From Bacteroidota bacterium (lineage in GTDB: Bacteria > Bacteroidota > Bacteroidia > Bacteroidales > F082), in the NCBI GenBank assembly GCA_024276895.1, contig JAJRWG010000158.1, positions 1-43,868 on the forward strand: a stretch of DNA of 43,868 bases, in the 5' to 3' direction. Below the pieces are notes generated by a model. It was given only the letters and a program-made list of their open reading frames with translations, was not told the origin of the DNA and searched no databases. Position numbers and translations under genes: made by a program. Positions 19,145-27,769 of this stretch are shown here, one piece after another; the stretch's first letter is position 1; the number at the start of each line of letters is the position of its first letter.

Positions 19145-19546
19145 ATGGAATCTGTTTTCACAAAAATCGTAAGAGGCGAAATACCGTCCTACAAAGTTGC
19201 CGAGTCGGAATGCTGTTATGCTTTTCTCGACATCAATCCACTGGCCAGGGGACACACCCTTGTTATCCCCAAAAAAGAGGTGGATTACATTTTCGATCTG
19301 GATGATGAACTTTACGGCGCTCTTTTTGCCTTTGCCAGGAAGGTGGGGCTTGCCATCGAAAGTGTAACCCCCTGCAAGCGTATGGGACTGATAGTGTTTG
19401 GACTTGACGTGCCGCATGCACACATCCATCTGATTCCCATCAACAAGGCCGCCGACATGAGTTTTACCAGCCCGAAACTAAAACTTGAGCAGGGAGAATT
19501 TGTTGAGATCGCCGCCAAAATCAATGAGGCATTCAACAAACTTTAA
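19145..19546 (+). CDS. HIT-family (histidine triad) nucleotide hydrolase
   Basis: 133 aa. N-terminal FTKIVRGEIPSYKV and the histidine triad HAHIHLIP. Confidence 0.9.
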   Translation: MESVFTKIVRGEIPSYKVAESECCYAFLDINPLARGHTLVIPKKEVDYIFDLDDELYGALFAFARKVGLAIESVTPCKRMGLIVFGLDVPHAHIHLIPINKAADMSFTSPKLKLEQGEFVEIAAKINEAFNKL

Positions 19547-20490
19547 AACAAAGAAAATTTAACGTAACGCTTGGGATTTTCGCGCAGGTCTTTCAACAGG
19601 AGGTTTAGCTCTTCTGCCGACTTGTTCAGTTCAATGTAAAGGGTGTCGTTGTGCAGCAGCATTCCCAGGGTACCCTCGCCCCGGTTGAGGGTTGCCAGGA
19701 TGGCATCCAGATTGTCGAGTGTTTTGTTGGCCCTGGTGATAGTACCATTAAAATCAGTCTTTGCCAGCGAATCGCTGATCATCTCAAAATTTGAAATAAT
19801 CGCACTGATCTCCTGCCTGTTGTCGCGCAAAGTAGCGGTAAGCGAATCCACATTTGCCAGAATGGTACTCACCCGTGTAGCTTCCGAACTAACCAGGGTG
19901 TCAATATTTGAAGTGGTACTTTGCAGGTTGGCAAATGTCTGACGGATGTCGTTAAAACTCGCTTTGAGGTTTTGGCGTGCCGATTCATTGAAAATGGACT
20001 GAAAGGCAATCACTAGGGTGTCGATGGAAGCCAGCAGGTTTTCAGCCTTCATCTTAATGGGTTGCACCTGGGCATTGACTTCTTCTTTCAGCGAAGCTTC
20101 AATGCTTGTGCGGAGGGTATCGCCTTCCTGCAGGAGTTCCATGGCGTCGCCCAGCTGAAGATTGATGGCTTTCGAACCCATCAGGTCGGCACTGTAGATA
20201 ACAGCAACAGAGTTTTTGGGAACGGGAAATTTGGTGCTCAGCATGATGACCGCAATGATGTCGCCCGACATGTTGGGATCGAAATAAACTTTCTGAACCT
20301 GCCCGACCCGCAAGCCGTTGATCAGCACCGGATTCGCACGTGTCAGCCCGCTAATGTTATGGTATTTGGCATATAAGGTCGTGTGCTTGTTAAAAATGTC
20401 TTTTCCTTTCAGAAAATTATATCCCCAGAAAAATAATACAACGGCGAGGATAAAACTAACTCCGATATAAACGACCTGCTTTTGTTTCAC
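19543..20490 (-). CDS. MlaD/MCE-domain protein (lipid-asymmetry ABC transporter periplasmic component)
   Basis: 315 aa. N-terminal TM anchor, MCE-like beta-barrel region (GLTRANPVLINGLRVGQVQKV), long helical C-terminus. GTG start. Confidence 0.8.
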   Translation of the reverse strand: MKQKQVVYIGVSFILAVVLFFWGYNFLKGKDIFNKHTTLYAKYHNISGLTRANPVLINGLRVGQVQKVYFDPNMSGDIIAVIMLSTKFPVPKNSVAVIYSADLMGSKAINLQLGDAMELLQEGDTLRTSIEASLKEEVNAQVQPIKMKAENLLASIDTLVIAFQSIFNESARQNLKASFNDIRQTFANLQSTTSNIDTLVSSEATRVSTILANVDSLTATLRDNRQEISAIISNFEMISDSLAKTDFNGTITRANKTLDNLDAILATLNRGEGTLGMLLHNDTLYIELNKSAEELNLLLKDLRENPKRYVKFSLF

Positions 20491-20522
20491 CTGAAAAATG
20501 TTGACTATAAAAATTAACCAAA

Positions 20523-20530
20523 CAAAGGTA
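20523..20530 (-). promoter_or_regulatory. Candidate -7 promoter box (TACCTTTG on the minus strand) for the mlaD-like gene
   Basis: The reverse complement of caaaggta fits TAnnTTTG. It lies 33 nt upstream of the GTG start at 20490. Confidence 0.3.
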
Positions 20531-20682
20531 ATAAAACATAAACAGGAATTTCAATTTTCTTTCACAAAAAAACTTAATCGCACCCAAATGCAGCTCCTTT
20601 GAAATCCATATTCCTGAAACTCAAAACACCTGAACCCGGGTCGTTTTTGGGTTGTGGAAAGCCGGGGTTTGCATTTTTATGC

Positions 20683-21798
20683 TCAATTACGGTTACCGAT
20701 TTCCCGTGCCTGGCTGAGGGTGATGCGCCTGCCCCGGTGGAAAGCCACCACAAATGCATCCGAAAATCCTTTGCTCCTGACTTCCGACAAATGTTTGTTT
20801 GCCAGGCTAAGCGAGTTAAAATGCCCCGATGTGTATTTGTATATGCCATTGTGCAGGTAATAAGAGAGGGCGGGAAGGTTTTTGAAACGCGGATCGGAAA
20901 GCACCAGTTGCATTGGGCTGGTGTAAAACTGTACGCGGTAGTCGGGCATCGTACTGTCTGGTTTTACCGTTTGGGTCTGGTTGCCCTGCTGAACAATTTC
21001 CTTCACCTGCACGGATTTGTTTTCTTTTTCAAATTCAATTTTGTAGGCCTTGAAGGCCCTGTAAATGGCCGAAGCCATAAACACCTGCCCTTTTTCAGAC
21101 ATCAGAAACCTTTCTTCGGAGGGATTGCTTAAGAAACCCAGTTCAATCAATATTCCGGGCATGGCCGTGCGCCACAGCACCAGAAAACCGGCCTGGTGAA
21201 CCCCTCTGCTTTTCCGGCCGATACGTTCTTTAAACTGCATTTCGATTTTGTTGGCCAAATCAATGCTTTGATCGAGAAAAATGTTCTGAAACAGCGAAAA
21301 CCGGATATAAGATTCCGGTGAATTGACATCGAAGCCCTCATAAGTATTTTGTGCGTCTTCTTCAAAAATAATGGCGGCATTCTCTTTCATGGCCACGTTC
21401 AGGTTGGCGTTGCTTTTGTGCAATCCCATGGCGTAAGTTTCCGAACCGTGGGCACGACTGTCTTTGTTGGAGTTGCAGTGGATGGAAATAAAAAAGTAGG
21501 CATTGGCCTTGTTGGCAATCTCGGCCCTTTTGTATAAAGCCACAAAACGATCTGTCTTCCGGGTATAGATCACTTTTACATCCGGCAGGTATTTTTCAAT
21601 GTAAGCGCCGGTTTTCAGCGCAACTGCGAGTGCAATGTTTTTTTCTTTCGAATGCTTTCCTAAGGCACCGGGATCCTTGCCACCATGCCCGGCATCAATC
21701 ACCACCACGGTAACTTTGCTCCCTTTCTGGGCTAAAAGCCCCGAATGAAGGCTAAAAACAAGTCCCAGCACAATAGCTGTTTGAAGCAGACGTTTCAA
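20683..21798 (-). CDS. N-acetylmuramoyl-L-alanine amidase (Amidase_3) with C-terminal SPOR domain
   Basis: 371 aa. Signal peptide, VVIDAGHGGKDPGA and SIHCNS motifs of the AmiC-type fold. The C-terminal ~80 aa are SPOR-like (YRVQFYTSP...GFSDAFVVAF). Confidence 0.9.
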   Translation of the reverse strand: MKRLLQTAIVLGLVFSLHSGLLAQKGSKVTVVVIDAGHGGKDPGALGKHSKEKNIALAVALKTGAYIEKYLPDVKVIYTRKTDRFVALYKRAEIANKANAYFFISIHCNSNKDSRAHGSETYAMGLHKSNANLNVAMKENAAIIFEEDAQNTYEGFDVNSPESYIRFSLFQNIFLDQSIDLANKIEMQFKERIGRKSRGVHQAGFLVLWRTAMPGILIELGFLSNPSEERFLMSEKGQVFMASAIYRAFKAYKIEFEKENKSVQVKEIVQQGNQTQTVKPDSTMPDYRVQFYTSPMQLVLSDPRFKNLPALSYYLHNGIYKYTSGHFNSLSLANKHLSEVRSKGFSDAFVVAFHRGRRITLSQAREIGNRN

Positions 21799-21821
21799 TG
21801 TAGTGTCTTAATTTTTGGAAT

Positions 21822-21829
21822 TATATTTG
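21822..21829 (+). promoter_or_regulatory. Candidate -7 promoter box (TATATTTG) for the LptD-like gene
   Basis: TAnnTTTG match in the 78-bp divergent spacer, 47 nt upstream of ATG 21877. Confidence 0.3.
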
Positions 21830-21876
21830 CATTACTTTATACCGCAACCCGGACATTAACAAAAGTAACGCAAAGC

Positions 21877-24537
21877 ATGTTGATAAAATTTTGTGTGCAA
21901 TGTAAATTATTAACATGGCTTTGGTTAATATGTGTCCTTGGTCCTGTCACCACTCTTCAGGCTGTGGCTCTGCACAGCGACGGTCTTTCACCCCCCGATA
22001 CGCTGCTTGTTTTGCCCGACTCGATCGTGACGGTTGATACCACCATTTCAGATACCATTGGTCCGGAAAAAAGAAGCAAGAGCGGTACCAGGCTTGAGGG
22101 GCTTGTTGAACGCCACGCACGGGATTCCATCGTGCAGGACCTCGTAAACCGGAAAGCCTACCTGTACGGAGATGCAGTTGTTACTTACGGAAACATTAAG
22201 CTTGAGGCGGCTTACATTGAGGTGGACTTCAACAACAACACGGTTTTTGCACACGGAATGCCCGACTCAAGCGGAAAGATTATCGGTGTTCCGGCCTTTA
22301 CCGAAGCGGGTCAGACCTTTAAGGCTGAAACCATGACCTATGATTTTACTACCCAAAAAGGCATGATTAAGAATGTGACCACCGAAGATGCCGAAGGATA
22401 TTTGTACGGGCAAAAGGTTAAAAAGCTGAACGACAATACGGTGAACATGCTTCATGGGCGATACACCACCTGCAATCTGGAAGGACATCCGCACTTTTCC
22501 TTTAAATTTAAAAAATCCAAAGTCATCCCCGACGATAAAATTGTAACCGGCCCCGCTTACATGGAAATTGAAGGCATACCGACCCCACTGGCTATTCCTT
22601 TTGGTTTTTTCCCCAACAAGTCCGGTCAAACCTCAGGCATTATCATTCCCACTTACGGTGAGTCACCCAACCGGGGATTTTATTTTGAGAACGGCGGTTA
22701 CTACTGGGCCATTAACGATTACATGGATTTTCAGGTGCTGGGCGATGTTTACAGCCGCGGGAGCTGGGCCATCAAACCCCGATTCAGGTATAAAAAAAGA
22801 TACAGGTACGGCGGTTCACTGGATTTGGGTTATGCCGTAAACGTAGTGGGGTACAAGGGCGAACCCGACTATTCGAAAAGTACGGATTTCAGGATTAAAT
22901 GGATTCACCGCCAGGACCCCAAAGCCAGGCCGCGCAGCACATTTACCAGTACAGTGGACATCATCAGCGGGAATTACGCCAAGTACAATGTGACGGACCT
23001 TAACACCTACCTTTCCAACGAGTTTCAGTCAAGCGTGGCCTACCAGACCAACTGGAACAACAAGTATTTCCTTACCCTGAATGCGAAAATGCGGCAAAAT
23101 ACCAAAACCAGTGAGGTCAACATCAGCCTTCCGGAAATGACCTTTGCCATCAACCAGTTTTATCCGCTCAAGAGTAAGAAAGGGGGGAAGAAGCGCTTTT
23201 ACGAGGACCTGAGCATGTCGTACACAGCGAATGCCAGAAACACGATCAGCACACTGGACTCCCTGTTATTTAAGCCCGGAACCCTGGAAAAATACATGCA
23301 AAACGGCGCCATCCATCGTCTCCCCATCAACCTGCCAATTAAAATTCTGAAGTACTTCAACCTGAGCACTTCGGTGAATATGACTGACAGAATGTACAGC
23401 CAAAGTATCAGACGGTACTGGTCGGAAGACACCGTGTTTACCGGGAACGACACCATTGTGGGCAGTGTGGTAACCGACACGGTGCAGGGTTTCCGCAATG
23501 CCTTCGACTTCAGCCTTAACAGTACTTTAACGACTAAGTTTTACGGCATGATCAATTTTAAGAAGGGACCGCTCAGGGCGATCAGGCATGTATTGACCCC
23601 CAGCATCGGCTTTACCTACACACCCGATTTTGGAAGCGAAAGCCTTGGGTACTACGGAACCTACATCGACGGTGAAGGTAAAGAAATTAAATATTCCAAA
23701 TTTCACGGAAACGGTTACGCGTCGCTCTACGGAACGCCGCCCGGTCAAAAATCAGGACGCATCAATGTGGCCTTCAGCAATACCCTCGAGATCAAAGTCC
23801 GTTCGCGCAAAGACACTGTCACCGGAATGAAAAAGATCAAACTCATCGAAGACCTGACCATTAACGGAAGCTACGACCTGGCGAAGGATTCGCTCAAAAT
23901 GTCATACCTCTCAGTGAAGGGGCGGACCACCTTGTGGAAAAATTTCAGTATCCAGTATTCATCACTGTGGGACCCCTATGTCCTTGATGCACAGGGACGG
24001 CAGATTGATGTGTACGAGTGGACGATAAATCGCAGACTTTTCAGGCTTGACAATACCCGCTGGAACCTGAGCCTCAGTTACCGCCTGAGCGATAAGGACA
24101 TAGGAAAGAAGAAACAAACACCGAAGAACGCCACGGAAAACGAATTGGATGAAATCCGCGATAATCCCGAAGAATATGTTGACTGGGATATTCCCTGGTC
24201 TCTAAGTTTACGTTATTCCTTTACCTACACCAACAAGATCGACTACATCAACTTAATCCGGAATTCCGAAAAAAAGGTTGTGCAAACGTTAGGGGTCACA
24301 GGGCAGCTCAACATTACGGCCAGGTGGAAATTTACCTTCCAAACCGGTTGGGATTTCACCAACAATGAGTTGTCGTACACCTCCATCAATATTTACCGCG
24401 ACCTGCACTGCTGGGAGATGCGCTTCAGCTGGATCCCCATCGGACCGCGCCAAAGCTGGAATTTTTCCATCAACGTAAAAGCCTCCATCCTGCAGGACCT
24501 GAAACTGAACCGAAAGAAAGACTTCAGGGATATTTAG
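21877..24537 (+). CDS. LptD-like (OstA-family) LPS-assembly outer-membrane protein, Bacteroidota type
   Basis: Start taken at ATG 21877 (MLIKF..., signal-like LLTWLWLICVLGP) because the track start at 21745 overlaps the divergent amidase gene. OstA-like N-domain (AYLYGDAVVTYGNIKLEAAYIEVDFNNNTVFAHG), then a large beta-barrel. Adjacency to amidase and MlaD is typical. Confidence 0.72.
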   Translation: MLIKFCVQCKLLTWLWLICVLGPVTTLQAVALHSDGLSPPDTLLVLPDSIVTVDTTISDTIGPEKRSKSGTRLEGLVERHARDSIVQDLVNRKAYLYGDAVVTYGNIKLEAAYIEVDFNNNTVFAHGMPDSSGKIIGVPAFTEAGQTFKAETMTYDFTTQKGMIKNVTTEDAEGYLYGQKVKKLNDNTVNMLHGRYTTCNLEGHPHFSFKFKKSKVIPDDKIVTGPAYMEIEGIPTPLAIPFGFFPNKSGQTSGIIIPTYGESPNRGFYFENGGYYWAINDYMDFQVLGDVYSRGSWAIKPRFRYKKRYRYGGSLDLGYAVNVVGYKGEPDYSKSTDFRIKWIHRQDPKARPRSTFTSTVDIISGNYAKYNVTDLNTYLSNEFQSSVAYQTNWNNKYFLTLNAKMRQNTKTSEVNISLPEMTFAINQFYPLKSKKGGKKRFYEDLSMSYTANARNTISTLDSLLFKPGTLEKYMQNGAIHRLPINLPIKILKYFNLSTSVNMTDRMYSQSIRRYWSEDTVFTGNDTIVGSVVTDTVQGFRNAFDFSLNSTLTTKFYGMINFKKGPLRAIRHVLTPSIGFTYTPDFGSESLGYYGTYIDGEGKEIKYSKFHGNGYASLYGTPPGQKSGRINVAFSNTLEIKVRSRKDTVTGMKKIKLIEDLTINGSYDLAKDSLKMSYLSVKGRTTLWKNFSIQYSSLWDPYVLDAQGRQIDVYEWTINRRLFRLDNTRWNLSLSYRLSDKDIGKKKQTPKNATENELDEIRDNPEEYVDWDIPWSLSLRYSFTYTNKIDYINLIRNSEKKVVQTLGVTGQLNITARWKFTFQTGWDFTNNELSYTSINIYRDLHCWEMRFSWIPIGPRQSWNFSINVKASILQDLKLNRKKDFRDI

Positions 24538-24595
24538 GGGGTACAACAAACACCCAAACAAAGGATCAATCCCGGAAGGGTATTTTTGGCCGCTT

Positions 24596-24627
24596 CCCGG
24601 GCAACCTTTTGCGGCCAAATTGCATAA
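24596..24627 (+). promoter_or_regulatory. Candidate ECF-type promoter upstream of the sigma gene (CCCGGGCAACCTTTT, then 12 nt, then CATAA)
   Basis: GGCAAC resembles an ECF -35 element (GGAAC-like). CATAA lies 17 nt after the AAC. The same 15-mer and the same CATAA offset recur at 26691-26722. Confidence 0.45.
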
Positions 24628-24707
24628 TTAATAGTGGTGCCAGACAATGCACCATCTATGCAAATTAAAGAAAAAGAAAAAATCATCGATCATTTTAAAC
24701 AGTAACC

Positions 24708-25250
24708 GTGCCGGCTGACGAATTTAAAATCATAAAGAAGTGCCTGAAGAACAACGCCCGTGCGCAAAGGGAGTTGTACGGAAAGTACCGGGTGAAATGG
24801 TTTATGATTTGCCTGCGCTACGGCAAAAACAAATCCGAGGCCGAAGACATTTTACAGGAAGGCCTGATCAGTATTTTTAAAAACCTCAGGCAGTACAATC
24901 CGCAAAAAGCGGAGTTTCCGGCATGGTCGAACAAAATTATGGTGAATGCCGCACTGCAACACCTGCGAAAATGGAAGAAACTGGAGTTCACATCCACCAT
25001 TGATGAATTTGACTACCGCTTTGTTTACGACGAAGACGTTTACGAAACCCTTGGTGCCAGGGAACTTACACTGCTGATCCAGGCGCTGCCCGACGGCTAC
25101 CGGGTGGTTTTCAATATGTACGTCATCGAAGGCTTTAAGCACAGGGAAATTGCGGAAATCCTTGAAATTTCGGAAAGCACCTCGAAAACACAATTACTGA
25201 AAGCAAAAAAGATGTTGCGTAACCAACTTGAAAAAGTCTTGAATTATTAA
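24708..25250 (+). CDS. RNA polymerase ECF-type sigma-70 family factor
   Basis: 180 aa. Region 2 (EDILQEGLISIFKNLRQY) and region 4 helix-turn-helix (HREIAEILEISESTSKTQLLKAKKMLRNQL). GTG start directly after an in-frame TAA. Confidence 0.9.
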   Translation: MPADEFKIIKKCLKNNARAQRELYGKYRVKWFMICLRYGKNKSEAEDILQEGLISIFKNLRQYNPQKAEFPAWSNKIMVNAALQHLRKWKKLEFTSTIDEFDYRFVYDEDVYETLGARELTLLIQALPDGYRVVFNMYVIEGFKHREIAEILEISESTSKTQLLKAKKMLRNQLEKVLNY

Positions 25251-25259
25251 TTGACTGCT

Positions 25260-26687
25260 ATGAAAGACAATTTGGAGTCATTTTTTAGGAAGCACCTTTC
25301 GGACGAATCGCCCGGTGAAGACAACTGGAATGTACCTTCTGATGAGGTCTGGAAAAATGTGCTTCCCGAGATTCAAAAGAAAAAAGGTATTTTCATCCCC
25401 TGGAAATATTTTTACATGCTTGGTTCGGTGATCCTTGCGGCCTTCATTATTACACTTTTTATGCCCGCCGGACGCGACAACCTGCCCGTTTCAGACAAAG
25501 AAACTGTTGTTTCAAAAACAGAAAATACACCTCAAAACCGGAACAAAAATGCCGGAAACAGTTCACTGACCCGGTCGGGAATTCCGGAAGAAAAAGCCCA
25601 AGCAGACTTTAATGATGAAAATGTTTCTTCCCAAAAAAATCCGTCCTTTCCTGCCGGCCCGGCAAAAAATAAAACCTCAGTCGCTAAAGTGCCGGAACGC
25701 CCAGGCTCCGTGCATGTAAAAAACCAGGCTGAAACTTATATTGAAGATTTTGTTGCAACAGGCCCTGCAGGCTTTGTCCGGGTAGAAAGTGCTGCCACCA
25801 TCGCTTTTTTAACTCCCCGGCTTTCCCGGCTGACCATTCGCGACACCGTTGAAATTCAAGAAGACGAAAGAAAAATCCTGACCGAAGAACCCGAAACGCC
25901 AAGGGAACCGGTCGAACTGAAAGGAAAATTCGGTGCGGGATTGATTTTTCTTCCGACCCTGACCTCCACTTACCTGACTGGTGAAATGGTTCCCGGTCTG
26001 ATCAAAACCGAAAACATGTTCCTGTACTCGACCAACTACGGCCTCGAACTGAAATATTACATTTCCAACCGTTTTGCGCTTGTAACGGGCGTGGAAAGTT
26101 CGGAAATCAAAAGCCGGGCAAAGTCGATGGTTGATTTTGCCTACGACAATTCCACCGAAAAGCCCATGCCTGGCGGTCTGAAACAAAATACTTCCGCGGT
26201 GCCCATGCCCACCCCTTTCGGGGAGATCGAAACGGAGATCACCTATCAGTTTTCCGCTTCCGATACCCTGCCCGACGGTGAGCCCATGCAATCGGAAATG
26301 GAAACCCGCCAAAGCGTGATTTATTTTTCCATCCCCCTGGGTGTTGAATTCAACATGCTCAGGCACTACCGTTTCAACTGGCTTGCCGAGGGCGGACTGA
26401 GGTACAGCCGTGCCATCAAAGATGCCACCAGCTTTTCTTCCAGGATACTGCACCTTGGTAACGAAATGGAAGTGGTGGAGCAGCAAATGGTCGGCCATCC
26501 TTCCTACACCGTAAACTATCTTGGCTTTTACCTGGGTACGGGGGTGAATTACAAACTCTCCGGCCCGTTTCAGATCGGTGCGTCAGCACGTTATTTCGGC
26601 AGTATCACCCAAATTAACCTCCAGGAAAACATGTCCACCTACGTCCACGGTTTCAACCTGAAACTGGGAATTATCTATTTTTTTTAA
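25260..26687 (+). CDS. Membrane-anchored protein with a C-terminal outer-membrane beta-barrel domain (anti-sigma-like position)
   Basis: ATG at 25260 (the track uses TTG at 25251). ~45-aa N-terminal segment, one TM helix (YFYMLGSVILAAFIITLFM), a low-complexity linker, then ~250 aa of alternating beta-strand pattern ending LKLGIIYFF. Confidence 0.7.
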   Translation: MKDNLESFFRKHLSDESPGEDNWNVPSDEVWKNVLPEIQKKKGIFIPWKYFYMLGSVILAAFIITLFMPAGRDNLPVSDKETVVSKTENTPQNRNKNAGNSSLTRSGIPEEKAQADFNDENVSSQKNPSFPAGPAKNKTSVAKVPERPGSVHVKNQAETYIEDFVATGPAGFVRVESAATIAFLTPRLSRLTIRDTVEIQEDERKILTEEPETPREPVELKGKFGAGLIFLPTLTSTYLTGEMVPGLIKTENMFLYSTNYGLELKYYISNRFALVTGVESSEIKSRAKSMVDFAYDNSTEKPMPGGLKQNTSAVPMPTPFGEIETEITYQFSASDTLPDGEPMQSEMETRQSVIYFSIPLGVEFNMLRHYRFNWLAEGGLRYSRAIKDATSFSSRILHLGNEMEVVEQQMVGHPSYTVNYLGFYLGTGVNYKLSGPFQIGASARYFGSITQINLQENMSTYVHGFNLKLGIIYFF

Positions 26688-26690
26688 TCC

Positions 26691-26722
26691 CCCGGGCAAC
26701 CTTTTTCCTTTCATTTTCATAA
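26691..26722 (+). promoter_or_regulatory. Second copy of the candidate ECF-type promoter, upstream of the lipoprotein gene
   Basis: CCCGGGCAACCTTTT at 26691-26705 is identical to 24596-24610. CATAA at 26718-26722 has the same 27-nt offset. It lies 42 nt upstream of ATG 26764. Confidence 0.45.
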
Positions 26723-26763
26723 GCACTATTGTAATCACAATTCTTTCACTTAAAAACTCGAAA

Positions 26764-27660
26764 ATGAAAAAAACACAATTGATTTTAGCCGCACTCATCG
26801 GCCTTGTACTGATTTCATCCTGTAAAAAAGATGACACCGATCCCAAACCCGATAACATGAAAAGCATCACCGTGAACTTCAGCGGCCTGGAAGACCTGGG
26901 CGGCGATTTTGTTTACGAAGGATGGCTGATCGTGAACGGATCACCCGTTTCCACCGGAACTTTTACCGTGAATGCTTCGGGCATGCCCTCGAAAACAAGC
27001 TTTGAACTGAATGCCGACGATGTTGACATGGCCACCAAATTTGTTTTGTCCATTGAACCGAAAAATGATGCTGATCCCGGCCCGGCCGCCACAAAGATTT
27101 TAGCCGGCGATTTCAACGGAAATACAGCTTCGCTGGATATTTCGCCGGTAGGCGATTTCAGCGGTGCTGCCGGTAAATACATCCTGGCCACCCCCACCAA
27201 CGGAGGTGAGACCGATGAAAACAGCGGCATCTGGTTTCTGGACCTGGCCACAGGCACCCCCACAACCGGACTGATGCTTCCGGAACTTCCCGATGGCTTG
27301 AAGTACGAAGGCTGGGTGGTTGTTGAGGGGAAACAGGTGACCACCGGTACCTTCACCATGGCTGCCGCCACTGACATGGCCGATCCCTACAGCGGCATGG
27401 AACCGCTGCCCGATGTGAACGGACCGGACGGCTTTTTCCCGGGAGAAGATTTCCTGGTAAATGCGCCTTCGGGACTTAGCTTCCCCACTGATATTGCCGG
27501 GGGAACGGCAGTCATCAGCATCGAGCCTTCGCCCGACAACAGCCCCATGCCCTTTACCCTGAAACCGCTGGTGCAGGGCATCCCCGCTTCGGCTGTTGAT
27601 CACATGGTTTACGAAATGGGACAAAACCTGAACTTCCCCAAAGGAACGGTGAGTAGGTAA
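26764..27660 (+). CDS. Lipoprotein with two tandem RskA-like (anti-sigma-K extracytoplasmic type) domains
   Basis: 298 aa. Lipobox LISSC. Internal duplication: VYEGWLIVNGSPVSTGTFTV...VLSIEPKNDADPGP versus KYEGWVVVEGKQVTTGTFTM...VISIEPSPDNSPMP. Confidence 0.65.
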   Translation: MKKTQLILAALIGLVLISSCKKDDTDPKPDNMKSITVNFSGLEDLGGDFVYEGWLIVNGSPVSTGTFTVNASGMPSKTSFELNADDVDMATKFVLSIEPKNDADPGPAATKILAGDFNGNTASLDISPVGDFSGAAGKYILATPTNGGETDENSGIWFLDLATGTPTTGLMLPELPDGLKYEGWVVVEGKQVTTGTFTMAAATDMADPYSGMEPLPDVNGPDGFFPGEDFLVNAPSGLSFPTDIAGGTAVISIEPSPDNSPMPFTLKPLVQGIPASAVDHMVYEMGQNLNFPKGTVSR

Positions 27661-27673
27661 CATCTGTGTAATC

Positions 27674-27705
27674 AAAAAAATGGCGCCTTGAAGCGCCATT
27701 TTTTT
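27674..27705. terminator. Bidirectional intrinsic terminator between convergent genes
   Basis: AAAAAAATGGCGC, loop cttgaa, GCGCCATTTTTTT. The GC-rich core stem is flanked by an A7 run and a T7 run, so it can act on both strands. Confidence 0.8.
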
Positions 27706-27719
27706 GTGGGTTTTGTTTT

Positions 27720-27752
27720 AACTTTTCCAAAGTTCAAAACTTTGGAAAAGTT
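27720..27752. repeat. Perfect inverted repeat, 15-bp arms and 3-nt spacer (AACTTTTCCAAAGTT caa AACTTTGGAAAAGTT)
   Basis: Read directly from the sequence. Neither side has a T-tract in the transcribed sense, so it is not a canonical terminator. Confidence 0.85.
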
Positions 27753-27769
27753 TCTCCTTAACGCCGTCG

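Noticed and set aside
21745-21876. N-terminal extensions given by the ORF track for the LptD-like gene (also 29479-29592, 43608-43763, 4535-4594 and 25251-25259)
   Set aside because: The extensions overlap divergent or upstream genes, or lack a signal peptide. Internal starts place a signal peptide or a typical N-terminus correctly.
25248-25262. The sigma and downstream genes are in the same frame, separated only by TAA plus three codons (likewise bactofilin / atpZ / the 8034 gene), suggesting read-through fusions
   Set aside because: Each gene has its own plausible start and a complete domain structure. Same-frame neighbours are expected by chance one time in three. Nothing requires read-through.
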